Assembly (NCBI RefSeq): GCF_036971445.1
Contig: NC_091472.1
Location: 91,636,001 to 91,700,000 of the forward strand
DNA from: Narcine bancroftii
Lineage: Eukaryota
Length of the DNA: 64,000 nt
Direction: 5' to 3'
Each line of letters begins with the position of its first letter. Position 1 is the stretch's first letter. The position numbers were made by a program, and so were the translations under genes. Below the pieces are notes generated by a model that was not told where the DNA came from, made no database searches, and saw only the letters and a program-made list of their open reading frames with translations. Positions 10,250 to 24,620 of the stretch are shown piece by piece.

Positions 10250-13200
10250 CATGGTGGTCAGGTCTCTGACACAGAGTCTGGCCCTGTGTCTAAGAAAGGG
10301 AGGGAGAAGAGACAAATTGTGAAAGGTGATTCAATAGGGAGGGGAATGGATTAGACATTCTGTGGAAGAGATTGAGAATCCAGGATGGAATTTTGCTTCC
10401 CAGGTGTCAATGTCTGAGATGGCATTCTCAAGAAGGAAGGTGAGCAGCCAGATATCATGGTCAATGTAGGGACCAAAATGACATAGGTATGAAAGGAGAT
10501 GAAATCTTGCTTAGAGACTTCAAGGAGTTAGGTGTGAAGTTGAAGGACAGGACCTCCAGGGTTGTGATCTCAGGATTGCTATTCATCTCACATGCTAGTG
10601 AGGTTAGAAATAGGAGGATCATGCAGCTTAATATGTGGCTAAAGACATGGTGCAGGAGGGAAGGCTTCAGGTTTTTGGATCATTAGGCTCTCTTCCAGGG
10701 AAAGTGGGACCTGTTCTGATGGGATGGTTTGCTTCTGAACTGGAGGGGAACTAATATCATAGCAGGAAGGTTTACTAGTGTTTCTCCGGGGTGGAGGAGT
10801 TTAAACTAGATTTGCAGGGGGTGGGAACCAGAGTGCCAGAGCAGATAGAGGAGTGGAGGAGGGAAAATATGATGTTAAGACTGCATTTTCTCGACAGAAA
10901 TCAAAGGGCTGAACGTGGCGGAAATGTTCTCAGGTGATCTATTTCAATGCAAGGAGTATTGTAGGAAAGGCAGATGAGCTTAGAGCATGGATTGGCACAT
11001 GGAATTATAACATTGTGGCCATTGGTTGCAGGAGAGGCAGGACTGACAGCTCAATGTTCCGAGGTCCAGTGTTACAGATGCAATAGAGGGGGAGGGATAA
11101 AAGGGGGAGAGGTGGTATAGCTAGTAGGTGAAAGTGTCACAGTAGTGCTCAGACCGAACAGACCAGAGAGCTCATCTACTTAAGCTATATGGGTGGAACT
11201 GAGGAATGGGAAAGGTATGATTATGTTAATTGGATTGTATTACAGATACCCCCAATAGTCAATGAGGTGAAGGAGAAAATCTGCAAAGAGATAGCAGACA
11301 GTTGCAGGAAACTTAAAGTTATGATTGTAGGTGACTTTAACTTTTCACATATTGACTGGGACTCCCAATGTGTAAAAGGGCTGGATGGCTTAGAGTTTCT
11401 CAAATGTTGTCTAAATCATATATCAAAGTACCAACTAGAGAGAGTGCAATACTGTGTCTCCTATTAGGGAATGAGGCAGGACAGGTGTCAGAAGTATGTG
11501 TAGGGGAGCACTTTGTGTCCAGTGATCATAATGCCATTAGTTACAAAATAATTACAGATAAGGATAGGTATGGTCCTCGGGTTGAGATTCTCAATTGGAG
11601 AAAGATCAATTTTGAGGAAACGAGAAAGGATCTGGAAAGCATGGATTAGGGCAGGCTGCTTTCTGGCAAGGATGAGGTCTGTAAGTGGAAGGCCTTCAAA
11701 AGTAAAATTTTGAGAGTAGAATTTGTACATTTCTGTCAGGATTAAAGCCAAAGTCAACAGGCATAAGTAACCTTGGTTTTTGAGGGATATTGGGGATCTG
11801 GTTAAGAAGAAGAGGGAGGTGTAGAGCAGGTATTGGCAACAAGGAGCAAATGAGGTGCCTGAGGAGTATAGAAAATGCAGGATAAATCTCAAGAGGGATA
11901 CCTCTAGTGCTAAAAGGAAATATGAGGTTGCTTATGGCAGACAAGTGAAGGAAAATTCTAAGGGCTTCTACAAGTATATCAAAAGCAAAAGGATGGTAAG
12001 GGATAAAATTGGTACTCCTGAAGATCAGAGTGGTCGACTATGTATGAAGCCAGAAGAGATGGGGAAATCTTAATTTTTTTGCATTGTTATGTACTCAAGA
12101 AACTGGCACAGAGTCTAGGAAGTGAGGCAAATAACCAGTAAGGAAGCCTATACAAATTAAAAAAGGAAGAGGTCTTGCTGTCTTAAAGGAGAATAAATCC
12201 CCAGGGTCTGCCAATGTATTTTCTTGGGCCCTGAGGGAGGCTGATGCAGAAATTACAGGGCCCTGGCAGATATACTATATATGCAGTTGTATAGGACGAC
12301 TCTGTATAGGATGACCCTGGAATTTTCACCTAAAATGTTGTCCTGTAACACACCGTTTAATGCCTGAACAGAGACAACAGCAGTTGGACCAAGTGGATGG
12401 ACCCTGTGGATAAGCGTTGAGACTTCACAAATAACTAATGAGATGTGCAAGATTACATCGGAGCCTGCAGGAAGATAGCGGCAGTGTTGTGTCCATCATC
12501 AAGGTAAGACTTTTAGACCCCCTTATAAAGGACGAGCCAATTTTAAGGTGAATTTTTTAAGTTTTGTGATTATCCTATACTACAATATATACAGTATTTA
12601 AACTGTCCTTAGCAACAGAGATTGGAGGGTCACTCATGTTGTTTAAAATAGGTTCCAAAAGTAACCCAGCAAATTATAGGCCGGTGAGCCTGACTTCAGT
12701 AGTAGGTAATTTATTGGAAGATATTCTAAGAATTGGATATATAAGTATATGGATAATCATGGACTGATTAGGGATAGTCAGCATGGAAGGTCGTGTTTAA
12801 CAATCTTATAGTGTTTTCGAGGAGGTTACCAGAAAGATGGATGAAGGAAAAGCTGTGAATGTTGTCTATGTGGAAATAATAAGGCCTTTGACAAGGTTCA
12901 ACATGGAGGTTAGTAAGGAAGGTTCAGTCACTCTGTATTCATGGTGAGGTAGTAAACTAGATTTGACCTTGGTATTATGGGAGAATGATTTCCTCTCTGA
13001 CTTGAGGCCTGTCACTAGTGGTGAGCCTCAGGGATTGGTGCTGGGACCATTGATGCTTGTCATCTATGTCAATGATTAAGATGATAATAAGGTAAATTGG
13101 ATCAGCAAGTTTGCAGGTAATACTAAGACTGGAAGTGTTGTGGACAATGAGGAAGTCTTTCAAAGCTTGCAGAGATTTGAACTAGCTAGAAAAATTGTCT

Positions 13201-13945
13201 ACAAAATGGCAGATGGAACTTAACGCAGACAAGTGTGAAGTGTTTCATTTGGAAGAACAGACCAATGTAGAACATAGGTGACGTGCCAGAGGGCATTGAT
13301 CGAGTTCTACGGTAGGGCACTGAGGAGTGCAGTAGAGCAGAGGGATATGAGAATACAGATACATAATTCCCTGAAAGTGATGTCACAGGTAGATAGTGTC
13401 GAAAAGAGAGTTTTTGGCATATTGGCCTTCATAAATCAAAGTATTGAGCAGTGGGGTTGGGATGTTATGGTAAAATTGTATTAGACATTGGTGAGGCCAA
13501 ATTTGGAGAATTATGTGCATTTTTGGTCACCTAACGACAGCAAATATATCAATAAGATTGAAAAGAGTTCAGAGAAGATTTACGAGAATGTTGCTGGGAC
13601 TTGAGAAACTGAGTTACAGGGAAAAGTTAAACAGTTTAGGACTTTATTCCCAGAGTGTAGATGAATGAGGGAAGTTATGATAGAGTGGGTGTTATGATGG
13701 GTGTGGATAGAATAAATGCAGATAGACTTTTTCAACTGAGGTTAGGTGAGATATAAATCAGAAAGCATGGGTTAAGGGTGAAAGGAGAGAAGGCAGGGGG
13801 AACATTAGAGGGAATTTATTCACACAGAAAGTGGTGGGAATATGGAATGAGCTGCCAGCTGAAGTAGTTAATGTGAGCTCAATTTCTTTAAGTAAAATTT
13901 GGAAAGGTATGTGAATAGGAGGGGTGCAGGTCAGTGGGACTTGGC
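10250..13945 (+). mobile_element. Near-full-length decayed CR1 LINE with SGNH/GDSL-esterase ORF1, APE endonuclease and RT
   Basis: ORF1: GDS, VNVGT, SRVVISGLL, NMWLKTWCRREGFRFLDH. ORF2: YFNARSIVGKADEL, IVGDFNF, SDHN, NYRPVSLTSVVG, PQGLVLGPL. Many disablements; ends approximate. Confidence 0.88.
12275..12594. mobile_element. pogo/Tc2-like MITE inserted in the CR1
   Basis: Imperfect TIRs CTATATATGCAGTTGTATAGGA / TCCTATACTACAATATATACAG; TA duplication on both sides; CR1 sequence resumes across it. Confidence 0.7.
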
Positions 13946-13982
13946 AGAATAATATTTTGGAACCGACTCGAAGGGTCAAAGG

Positions 13983-14311
13983 GGTACAAGGACTGCCTAA
14001 AGAAATCTCTTGGTGCCTGCCACATTGACCACCGCCAGTGGGCTGATATCGCCTCAAACCGTGCATCTTGGCGCCTCACAGTTTGGCGGGCAGCAACCTC
14101 CTTTGAAGAAGACCACAGAGCCCACCTCACTGACAAAAGGCAAAGGAAGAAAAACCCAACACCCAACCCCAACCAACCAATTTTCCCCTGCAGCCGCTGC
14201 AACCGTGTCTGCCTGTCCCGCATCGGACTTGTCAGCCACAAACGAGCCTGCAGCTGACATGGACTTTTACCCCCTCCATAAATCTTCGTCCGCGAAGCCA
14301 AACCAAAGAAG
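13983..14311 (+). mobile_element. RTE LINE 3' fragment (young family)
   Basis: Near-identical to 8405-8730, with the same CCAAAGAAG tail. Confidence 0.92.
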
Positions 14312-14589
14312 TTCTGTTGGGCATCACAAAGATCACTGTTTTTGGGCTTGGTGTGTGCCATATACAAACAAGCTAACACAGCTTTCTGCATTGCATCACT
14401 GAACACATTTTCATCACCAGCAGTTAAATCTTGTATGTCCAAAGTATGCTTTGTTAATATGGATATAGTTTGTCTTTGACCTGCCTATCCCCACCTCCCA
14501 TTGAGACAGCATTCTAGACCTGGTCAGAAGTTGTACAGAGACAACACTGGATGATGCTTGGAGATGCACAAGAGACTGCAGATGCTAGA

Positions 14590-15186
14590 ACCAACAGTAG
14601 TGAAGTGCAGAAAGTAAACTGCTTTAAGTTCCTTGGTGTAAACAACTCCAGTAACTTGCACTGATCTACCCACATCAATGCAATATCCAAGAAGTCAGAA
14701 GAAATTTGGCTTATGACCTGCATCCCTCAGCAATTCTACAAGTGCACCATTGAAAGCACCTTATTAGGATGCATGGTATGAAAACTGCTCTGCCCAAAAC
14801 CGTAGGGAACTGCAGCAGATTGTGAACATGTCTCAGGCCATCACATATACACCCTTTCCCTATTTCAACTCCATCTTTCACTCCTACTGCCTTGGAAAAG
14901 CAGCCAATGTATTCAAAGACTCATTCAACCCTGGCCACACACTCTTCAGCCATTCCCATCCGGAAGAAGATTCACCACTGTGTGATTACGTGCCGTCAGA
15001 TTCAAGGATGGTTTCTTTCCCATTAAACCTCAAAATTGTAAAATTATGCTGCCTTTGCTCTGAATCAAAAGATCTCTCTCTGTAACTCTTCAGTTTTGTA
15101 CTGTGTCTAAGATGTCTCACTGGTCTTGCAAAACAACCTCCAAAAATGCATCTTGGTACATATGACAATAAACGTGAACTTGAATC
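14590..15186 (+). mobile_element. Rex1/Babar-like LINE 3' fragment
   Basis: FKFLGV and TIESTLLGC remnants; tail GACAATAAACGTGAACTTGAATC. Confidence 0.6.
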
Positions 15187-15194
15187 TGTAGGAA

Positions 15195-15490
15195 ATAACA
15201 ATCTGCTGGAGGAACACTGTTGATTCAGCATCATCAATGGGAAGAAAAAAAAGGTTGATGTTTTGGTTCAGAAACATCGTCGCCAGAGAGTGCAGAGGGG
15301 AGATAACCTGGATAATGAGGACCAGATGGGAGGGGTTGGACAGAAGCCAATAGGGGATTTGTGAAGGGGGTGGCTGGGTGAGAGGGTAGATTACTGGTTA
15401 TCTTCCCTCTGCACTCTAAATTTTGATGAAGGGCTCTGACACGAAACATTGACCATTCTTTTTCTCCCATTGATGCTGCTCAATTGTTCT
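15195..15490. mobile_element. Penelope-derived short inverted (pseudo-LTR) repeat
   Basis: CTGCTGGAGGAAC.. and TTGATGAAGGGCTCTGACACGAAACATTGACC arms, related to 59140-60130. Confidence 0.5.
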
Positions 15491-15649
15491 TTGCATTGGA
15501 TGGTACTTGGTGCCAGAATATAATTAGATTGCCTAATTTGAGTGGATTTTTGAAGTGTTGATTGCTGCATGTAATCTCCAGGAATAAACAACCCAACCTT
15601 GTTTTCCAAAGCAAAGTAATTTTTAAGAACTGTTTCAAAAAAACAGAAA

Positions 15650-15825
15650 GCGGCACGGTTACTGTAAAGATTAGCCCAAGTTATTACAGCAACCTGGGTT
15701 CAAATTCAGCACTTACTGTCAGGATTTTCTACCTTCTCCCTGTGTGTGCATGGGTTTTCCCTAGGTGTTCTGGTTTCCTCCCACCCTCCAAAAATGTATG
15801 GAGTTGGGAGGTTAATTGGCCAGTA
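15650..15825 (+). mobile_element. V-SINE/HE1-like SINE remnant (related remnants near 51100-51200 and 61920-62060)
   Basis: Box-B-like GGTTCAAATTC and V-domain-like TGCATGGGTTTTCCCTAGGTGTTCTGGTTTCCTCCCAC. Confidence 0.6.
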
Positions 15826-15951
15826 CAGGTTTCAACAGCTGGAATCAGCTTTGACCGTGTTGTTCTGTTAGATTTTTTTAAATCTGTGACTCCCAAGAAG
15901 ACTTGGTAAACACAAACCATAAATCTTAATTACGTGTCTTCATATGATGTA

Positions 15952-15957
15952 TTTATT
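15952..15957 (-). terminator. Probable ovol2 polyadenylation signal
   Basis: Minus strand TGTAC-AATAAA followed by GT-rich GGTTTGTGTTT, about 610 nt after the stop codon. Confidence 0.55.
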
Positions 15958-16569
15958 GTACAAAGTTTTGTAGGATTTTTAATGGATGGATATCCATATT
16001 TAAAATTTCCAAAGTTCATATTAAAAGAAACTTGCACCAAATTTTGGTTTTCTTTTAGGAATGTTTTATTCTGAAAATTCACAAATCTATAGTTGAATAT
16101 AGCTGCACACCATGGAACAAAATGTACCCAGAACAATTTTTTAAAAATGAAAGAACAAAGAGGAGAACTGAAAATCAAGGTGAGGCTTCTAAGATTAAAA
16201 CCTGTTGAGTAGTGGTGAAATTCCACTGTTCAGACACTTAGCCCGATGTTAATTATCCTTCAAAGTAGCTGAAAGAGTCAAACGACTTGGGTCAAAATGT
16301 AAGCACCATCACCTTCCCCAGGCAGAGGTAGAAGGGTAAAGAATCCATACTTGACTGCAGGGCCCCAAATCTTGAGAATTAATCTCTTTAAAAAGATTTG
16401 CTCTGGTCTCAGTGTATTAGCATCAGCCTGAAAATCTCTGATTCTTCTACCTGGCAAACAGGTTCCAAGATGATACACTAATAATTCCTGCTGTGTTTAT
16501 TATCTCCTTGGCACTGATCACTGAGGTCAGGTTTGAAGCTTCATTATAGGCACTAATCGTCCTTTGCTC

Positions 16570-16914
<345 letters not shown>

Positions 16915-18349
16915 TTAACTTCTCATCCACTGCTACAAATGACCTTCTCTGTAAATATTAGACTCTCCCTGACTAAAGAAAGCATTTGGGCAAGAGGTAT
17001 TTATAAGTCCTCACCCTTGCTCCAATGCTGCGAGAGGCTCTAAAGTGAGGTTGTTTTTCTGACCAAGTTTTAGAAGTAAACCAAACCTCCTGTAACAGGC
17101 AGGAATAAATTGCAAGTATGTTGAACATTGTAAATGGGTGGGGGGGTGGGAGTTTACAAGAGACATACCAATGGAGCTGGGATGCCAGAACTAAACAATT
17201 AGGAGAAGGTATGCCATTTGGCTCTTCAGGTTTGTTCCGCCGTTCCTCAAAATCATGGCTGGTGTTTCTTTTCAGCATAATTTTCCTGCTCTATCCCTCC
17301 ATTCCCTCAGTACCCAGAAACCTGTTGCTCTTTCAATGCACTCAGTGACTGAGGTTCCACAGCCCTCCCACACCATCCCCCCTGCCCCCCGAGGAGAGAA
17401 TTCCAACGATTCACCATCCTGTACGTGAAGAAATTTCTCCTCATCTCAGTGCTAAATGGCTTTCCCCATATTCTGAAACTAACCCTAGTTCTAGACTCCT
17501 CAGCTGGAAGAAACATCCTGCATCCAGCCTAATGATCCCTGTTAGAATGCTGTAAGTTTCAGTGAAACCTCCTCGTATTATTTTAAACTCAGAAACACAG
17601 TCTAATCTATTTGATCTCTCCTCATGTGTGGTGTATCCTCTATTCCTGAATCAGTCAGGTGAATCCTTGCGACATGCTTCCAGAGGTGAAAGAAGAGACA
17701 GAATAGTGTACTGGTGAGAATGTGGCTGCCACAATACAAAACGGGTTTAATAGGCAGTGTTATCAATACCACTGAACCGGTCAGAAATTTGTTACTTTCA
17801 GTCCCCATTCCCTCTGTGGAAAAGACAAACTCTTTTTTAAGGTAAGCAGGCCTAGAATGTACATAATACTTGAGGAGTTGGTCTCACTAAAGGTGTGAAA
17901 GGGAAGATAATTAGAATGTGGTTACTTTTTGAGGAGTGCCTTGAGCCACACTGGCCCCCAGTTCAGGTCACATTGCAATCTTCAGATCTGGGACTTGGCT
18001 GGATTGCTTGGTGCCTTTATTCAACTGAGTACACAGCGTGGTAGGTACTTTCAGGAGGAGAAAGAATGCCAAGTCAGCCTTGCTCATGGATCATTAACTG
18101 TTGAAACTGAGGCAATATGGAAATGTCATAAAAAATCTTCTTGTTCTTTGTATTCACCGGACATCTGAACATTTGTCAGGAGTTCTGTTGCACGCAATAC
18201 ATCCAATAATGTAAAGCATGAAATCCACAGTAAGATGCTATAACAAGGAGGAACACAGAGGTGTAAAGATGCAATTTGGCAATGTAACTCACCTATATTG
18301 AAACAACATTGACCAGTTGTCCAATCATCAGGGTTTTGGTACCATGGAC

Positions 18350-18880
18350 ACGCACAGTCTCCTCGCCCTCCTCTCTCCCATCTCATCCAATCTCTCCAGA
18401 TCCCTCTTTTCTGCAACACCCAAACTGCCTGACCTCTCTCTCCCACTCTGTCCAATCTCCCTGGACTCCTCTCTGTGCTCTATTCTCCTTGGACCCCTCT
18501 CTCCAGCTCTAATCTTCCCAACCCTCTCTTGATGTCCAAGCTCCTTGGACCCCTCTCACCTACTCTGCCAAATCTTCCTGGACCCCTCTCTGCTGCTCTA
18601 ATCTTCCCAACCCCTATCTCCCATTCTGTCTAATCTTTCTGGATCCCTCTCTCTCACTGTTTCTGAATCCTTCCCTCCCACCCTGTCCAATCTGCTGACG
18701 CTACTCTCTCCCACTCTGTCCTATCTCCCTGGACCCCTTTCTCCTGTTCTGTCTAATGTCCCTGAACCCCACTCTTCTGCTCTATTTAATCTCCCTGAAT
18801 CACCTCTCCAGTTCCCTTTACATACATTGGACCACTCTCTTTCCCATTCTGCCCAATCTCCCTGACTCCACTCTCCTGCA
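18350..18880. repeat. Degenerate pyrimidine-rich minisatellite in ovol2 intron 3
   Basis: Recurrent ~30-nt units like CTGGACCCCTCTCTCCCACTCTGTCCAATCTCC. Confidence 0.75.
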
Positions 18881-21151
18881 CCTTTTGCACATCCCAGTCA
18901 TCTGTGCTGTAATGGATTTTCTCAGTGTGTTAATTGCCCTGGTGTAGGCAGGAGGCAGGTGAATTGGGTGGAAGTTTATGGGTATGCAACAGAGAACAGA
19001 TTACAGGAAACTCAGGAATCTGAAGTGTAACCTTTTAGTGTGGCTGATATTTGGAACAAGGTGCTGGAGGAGGTAGTTGAGTCAGATACTATTGAAATAT
19101 TTAATAAACATTTGGACGGGTACATGAATAGGATAGGTTTTGAGGGATATGGGGCAAATGCAGGCAGGTAGGACTAATGTGGGTGGGACATTTTGATCAT
19201 TGTGGGAAAGTTGGGATGAAGGGCCTGTTTCCACACTCTATGATTCTATAAGAGAGGGACTGGACCTAATGAGATTGCTGTGGGAGTTGGCATGAATCTA
19301 AGAGACAAAATAGCTTTTATCGACATGAAAGGGAAATTTGAAACAATTGAATATGGCTGTAGAATACTGGGCCTTTGCCCATTGCCCACAATTTTGTCCC
19401 ACATTAGTTTCACAGAAGATAATCAAACTGTATGAAATATGGGTATAAAACAATTTTTGGCCAAAGTTGAGGAATTGTGGATTTACTCTTAAATTTGTAT
19501 CGTTAAAATGGCTGTGCCTTTACCTGCAAAACATTGCTCACTAATTCTGAAGTGAGCAATGAGAATTGTCAGCACAACACAAACCACAACATGTTCTCTT
19601 CTGAGCACCTTCCCAGGTTGGAATCAAAGGGAAAGAAGGTGGCATTAAGTCAAAACAGCCAACAGACACTAATTACTGTAATGATTGAGGAAGCTGACAG
19701 AAGATCAGCCCTAGTTACATTATTTCAAGTATTACTTGTGCTAATCAACAGTTCTCCCAACAGATTATGGACAAAAAGAACTTTGCAGCCATAGCTAAAA
19801 TTTTAGATGGAAATAACATTTTGGCAACTAATTCAGCCCAATTTTGCACTGTCTGAAGGGTTTGAAATACCAGATCAGCACCAATGCTGCAATTAGGACA
19901 AAAAATCCTAAATAGTTCTCCACTGTTCAGTTGTGGCAATATTTGCTCTGTTCCCAAGAACAAATGGGAACAAGCTGTGGTGTTGATGTAAAGGAGGTAA
20001 TTGAAGGGCCAGTCCAATCAGCGTGTATTTGGATGTAGACCCAGATGTGGGTGCAGGGTAGATTGGCAGTGTTTGCAATGTTACAAACTTTGTTGAGTGA
20101 TCAATGCTCCATGTTTCAATCATAGACCTTGGAGGACATATGTAAACTAGTGTAATGGATGAACTAGTGGCAGGTGACCTTCAGTATAGTGAAATGATCC
20201 ATGGAATCCTGGGTATTATAAACATGGAGTGAATATGTAGGACCAGTGTAAAGCTCTGGTTAGGCCACATCAGCTCCTGGATTGGGGGGTGGAGGGTGGG
20301 GAAGGTTTACTAGAATGGTCTCAGAGAAGAAGGATTGGACTGGATAAGCAGGGCTTGTTCTCCATGGACAAAGGAGGTTAAGAGGAGATTTGACTGAGCT
20401 ACAAGATCATTGCTGGTGCTACTAGGGTAAATAGAAGCTGTACCCATTCATGGGTGGTCCAGGGAAAAGGGGACATAAGTTTAAAGGATAGCCAGAAGGC
20501 ACTGAGGAGGAGTGAGGGAAACTTGTTTTACCACAGGGAATGGTGAAGATCCAAAGTCCCACTGCTATAAATTTGGCAGAACAGAGACAAACAGATTTTT
20601 CAAATGGAACAAATGAGGAAAGAAAATAACCTGCAGGAGATGGAGAATAGTTCTGACAGGATGTCTGTGTAAAACAGTGCTTTGGAATCAAGCCAAAGAG
20701 CCTCTTTCTGGGTCGTTTTAAATAGATATAATTTGTGCTAAGATTTTATTGATAGCTAAATAAAGGTTGTAAAATACACATAACCTTTGGACAGAAGATG
20801 AAATACAAAATATTTTAAATGAGAATTTGATATTAAAAAATCTGCTTTAACTCAAAATATTTTTGTGAGGCATTGTTTGATATGCGATTTGACAATAGGA
20901 TGGTTGCTGTTGGACAGCACAGCACAACCCCGTGTTCATGTAGTGGCCTCTCCAGGGCACAAGCCAGGGCAGAGTTGATATTGGGATCGTCTGTTGCCCA
21001 TGCAGTGGGACACCCCCCTTATCCCTCTCTCCATGCTAATGACAGATCCAAAGGAAGGACAAAAGTCGATACAGTTTGGTACCAGCAGCATCGCAGGAGT
21101 ACAGCTATCAGCCGCCTTTGGGAATGACTCCAGATTTTTCCTCGGGGTTTA

Positions 21152-21586
<435 letters not shown>

Positions 21587-23242
21587 CTATTACGGGGGAA
21601 AGGGGGAAGCGAAATATCCAATTCAATACACCGTTAGAACCAGATTCTGAGCACCGCAATTCCCAACAAAAGGTGGATACAAATACCCAATGGTTTTCAT
21701 AGTTCTTACAATAATACAAGAATGTCTAAAAGAAGAGCAGCAGCGTGATCCTGGAGAGCCTATGCAGCTTTAGATTAAAGGAGACTTCGCGGAAGTTGAA
21801 AGGGTGAATCTTTGCTTTCTCTCCCCACCGACAACCACCATTTCCAACCACCAAATCGGTCCTGCTACAACACCATCCACTCTTTTTAATATTAATTTTT
21901 GAAGATCAATTTACATGCAGTGACACTTAAAATTATACAAGGCTAATTGAACTAATTTATATGTGGTGTTACACAAAACATAATTGACTTACAGTTAATA
22001 GTGGAAAGTCTATAATTTATTATAAGATTGTACTTCACACGTGTGGAGTGTGTGTATGTGTAGCGTATTGTATTATTGAACGTATAATGTTGAGAAACGT
22101 GAATTAAATTTAATACGTGTAGTCTGAATTATAGGTATTGTTAATATGTATAATCTGAAATAACAACTGGAATTACATATAACACTCTCGCTGAAATTAT
22201 ATATGAATGACATATTTGTAATGAACATTGCTTTCTATATTAAATATAAAATAATCCATGTTCAATCAGTTCTCTACTATTTCCAGGGGCATTGGACAAT
22301 CTAAATTCTATAATATTATAATTTAATGTCTATTCAGATAATTCGGATTGGCCCACTTTTTTGCAAATTTGATAAACCTATTTAAATGCTTTGGTAAATG
22401 AACAAATGATTGAAACAATAAATTGGATCACACACACAACTGAAATAATGAACGCAGAACGCTTTATACACATTCCATGTTGAATTGATGCACAATCGGA
22501 TAATTTGGATTGTCCAAGACACTAAATTCTTCAGAGCCAATTGAACTTGCTTCATACCTTTAAAAGAACGTGTAATCGTATCTAATGTATATTAACATTA
22601 AGCCAAATAATACAAATTGCATTATGTATTAAGAGATTCAACAATTTTACTTTATGTATTTATCAATTAAATAATTTATGGTATTCAATTGTATGTATCT
22701 ATATATATTTCTTTTAAAGTACAAATGTTTGACATCTAAAACATGTACAGAAAATGCTCTGAAACGTTAAATCTATTTCTCTTCCTGCGGGTGTAGTTTT
22801 AACTTAACATAACGTGTAACGTTATATGAAAAGGTAATGTGTATCACAATTAATATTATTTAATTAATATTTAATACCGTTTTTTATTATTCATTATATG
22901 CACATAAGTACTTTCTGTTTTGATGTTTAATATGTAAACGTTCAATTTAATACCTTAATATTAAATAGAATGCTTTTTAAATTTCTAGTAGAATGGGTAC
23001 AGTATTTAATAAATTGAAGAAATTAATTTTTGTTGTACACATTTTTCTACTCCGAGGTGAATTAAAACAGTACAATTCTGTGGTTCTTCACCTCACTGTT
23101 TCTGGTCAGAGTGCGATTTTAGGGGTCATTGTGTGATTTTATTTTTGCTGTCTACACATCAGTTCAGAACACCAACTAAGTTTTTTCTCCCTTTTGCCAA
23201 GTTCGATAATGATTAACCGGAGTCTGGGGAGCTTGGGCTTAC

Positions 23243-23442
23243 CTTGATTTTCGTTCGCAAAACGTTGTGCTTTTTGAATTCCGACCCCAGAACTTGCTCC
23301 TCCACATTCTCCTGGCCCGGTTCGGTCTTGTAAGGAAGGCGGCGCTCCTCTGAATCGTTTAACAGTTCGTCCAAACCAATTGTTCCGGGTGTTGTGTCCT
23401 CGGTTGTTTCTTCTTGGTAACTCGAGAAACGATTCAAAATGA
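23243..23442 (-). CDS. ovol2: OVOL2 coding exon 2 (acidic linker)
   Basis: Acceptor TTTTCCATTTCCAG; 200 nt open, ending LRTKIK|GTAAGC; phases fit exons 1 and 3. Confidence 0.88.
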
Positions 23443-24111
23443 CTGGAAATGGAAAACAAATCCCTAACACAATGGTGCACCGTGCAGGGAGATCGTTGGA
23501 GGGACCGTTGGTGCTTAAGAGTCGTTTGAACAATGGGCTGAGATGTTTTTTTTCTTGGCTTGTTTGAGTTCTGGGTGTTGTCTCACTCTCCGATCAGTCT
23601 CTGACTGAAAGGAATGCAACATGATACCCGCCATGAATTCGACCCTCGATCGGCGCCCGTGCAAGGAAGCGGGGCCCCGGGTTCCGTTATGTTTACGTTG
23701 GGAAGTTGCAGTGACGGGGTCTCCGTTTACTAGCCCGCCTGGTGACTGATGGAATGTAAACACCGTCTACCCTTTTGTGGGACTCCTGTGAGCGGGGGTA
23801 TTGTAATACACCTTTAAAAGCGCACTGTCCCTTCCTGAGATGGCAGCCCGCTCAAATGAGAGCGAGAGGTGACCTGTCCTCGGTTCAAACGTGGATCAAC
23901 GTGACACTACGCGCCTTTCCATCTTTATTACCTGTTGGACTTTATGTTCAGTCTGAGACTCTGGGAGAGACTAATTGAAGAAGATCATTAGTCCTTGGCC
24001 CTGCCTCCTTTTTGCCCCTCTTCCCTCTGCTCTCTTTGCCCCTCCTCTTTCCGAGCTGGCCCAGCGCTCGCTCCCCTCACCCCGGCCAAGCCCGCTCCCC
24101 GTTTGCTTCAC

Positions 24112-24211
24112 CTGGTATGTAGGTGTCGGCGCGCTCCTCATCCGGTAGTTCATTCCAGTCGCGGATCTCGGGATAAGGTTCCTTCCTTTTCACCAGGAAA
24201 GCTCTGGGCAT
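24112..24211 (-). CDS. ovol2: OVOL2 coding exon 1 (SNAG domain)
   Basis: GCCATG Kozak; MPRAFLVKRK SNAG motif and WNELPDEERADTYIP; GTGAAG donor. Spliced total 786 nt = 261 aa. Confidence 0.95.
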
Positions 24212-24620
24212 GGCTGCAGGCGCACGGGCGAGGATGGAGCAGAAGCCGGATCCCCTCCTGCTTCCACCTGACCCCTTTTTTTCATCCAAACCGGATCCTT
24301 CCAAACTAAGTCCCAAGTTCCAGGTGTCTGGCAGAGGCCGATCGCTGAAGTCTCCGTTCCTTCAACGGTGTTTTTTTCCCCAAAGGGGTTGGGGAGACGG
24401 ATTGTTAAGCAAAAGACCCACTCCCCACCTGGCCAGCTACCTTTGAGCTAACAGGAAAAGTTTGCTTCTGTTATTGAAAATACAACAGGAAATTTGCAAG
24501 GGCGCATGCGTGCTGAGAAAATAACGGTGTCAACAAGCCCTTGTACCTGTCCGACCGGTTGGTACAGCCTTGTCTTGTTCCCTGCCCCTCTTATGCACGG
24601 ATGTTTGCGAAACGATCAGC
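24212..24620 (-). promoter_or_regulatory. ovol2 5' UTR and proximal promoter (CpG-rich)
   Basis: CpG-rich; GRHL-like AACCGGTC (24553-24560), E-boxes at 24321 and 24426, OVOL-like CCGTTA (24522-24527), NRF1-like GCGCATGCG (24502-24510). TSS not determinable from sequence. Confidence 0.6.
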
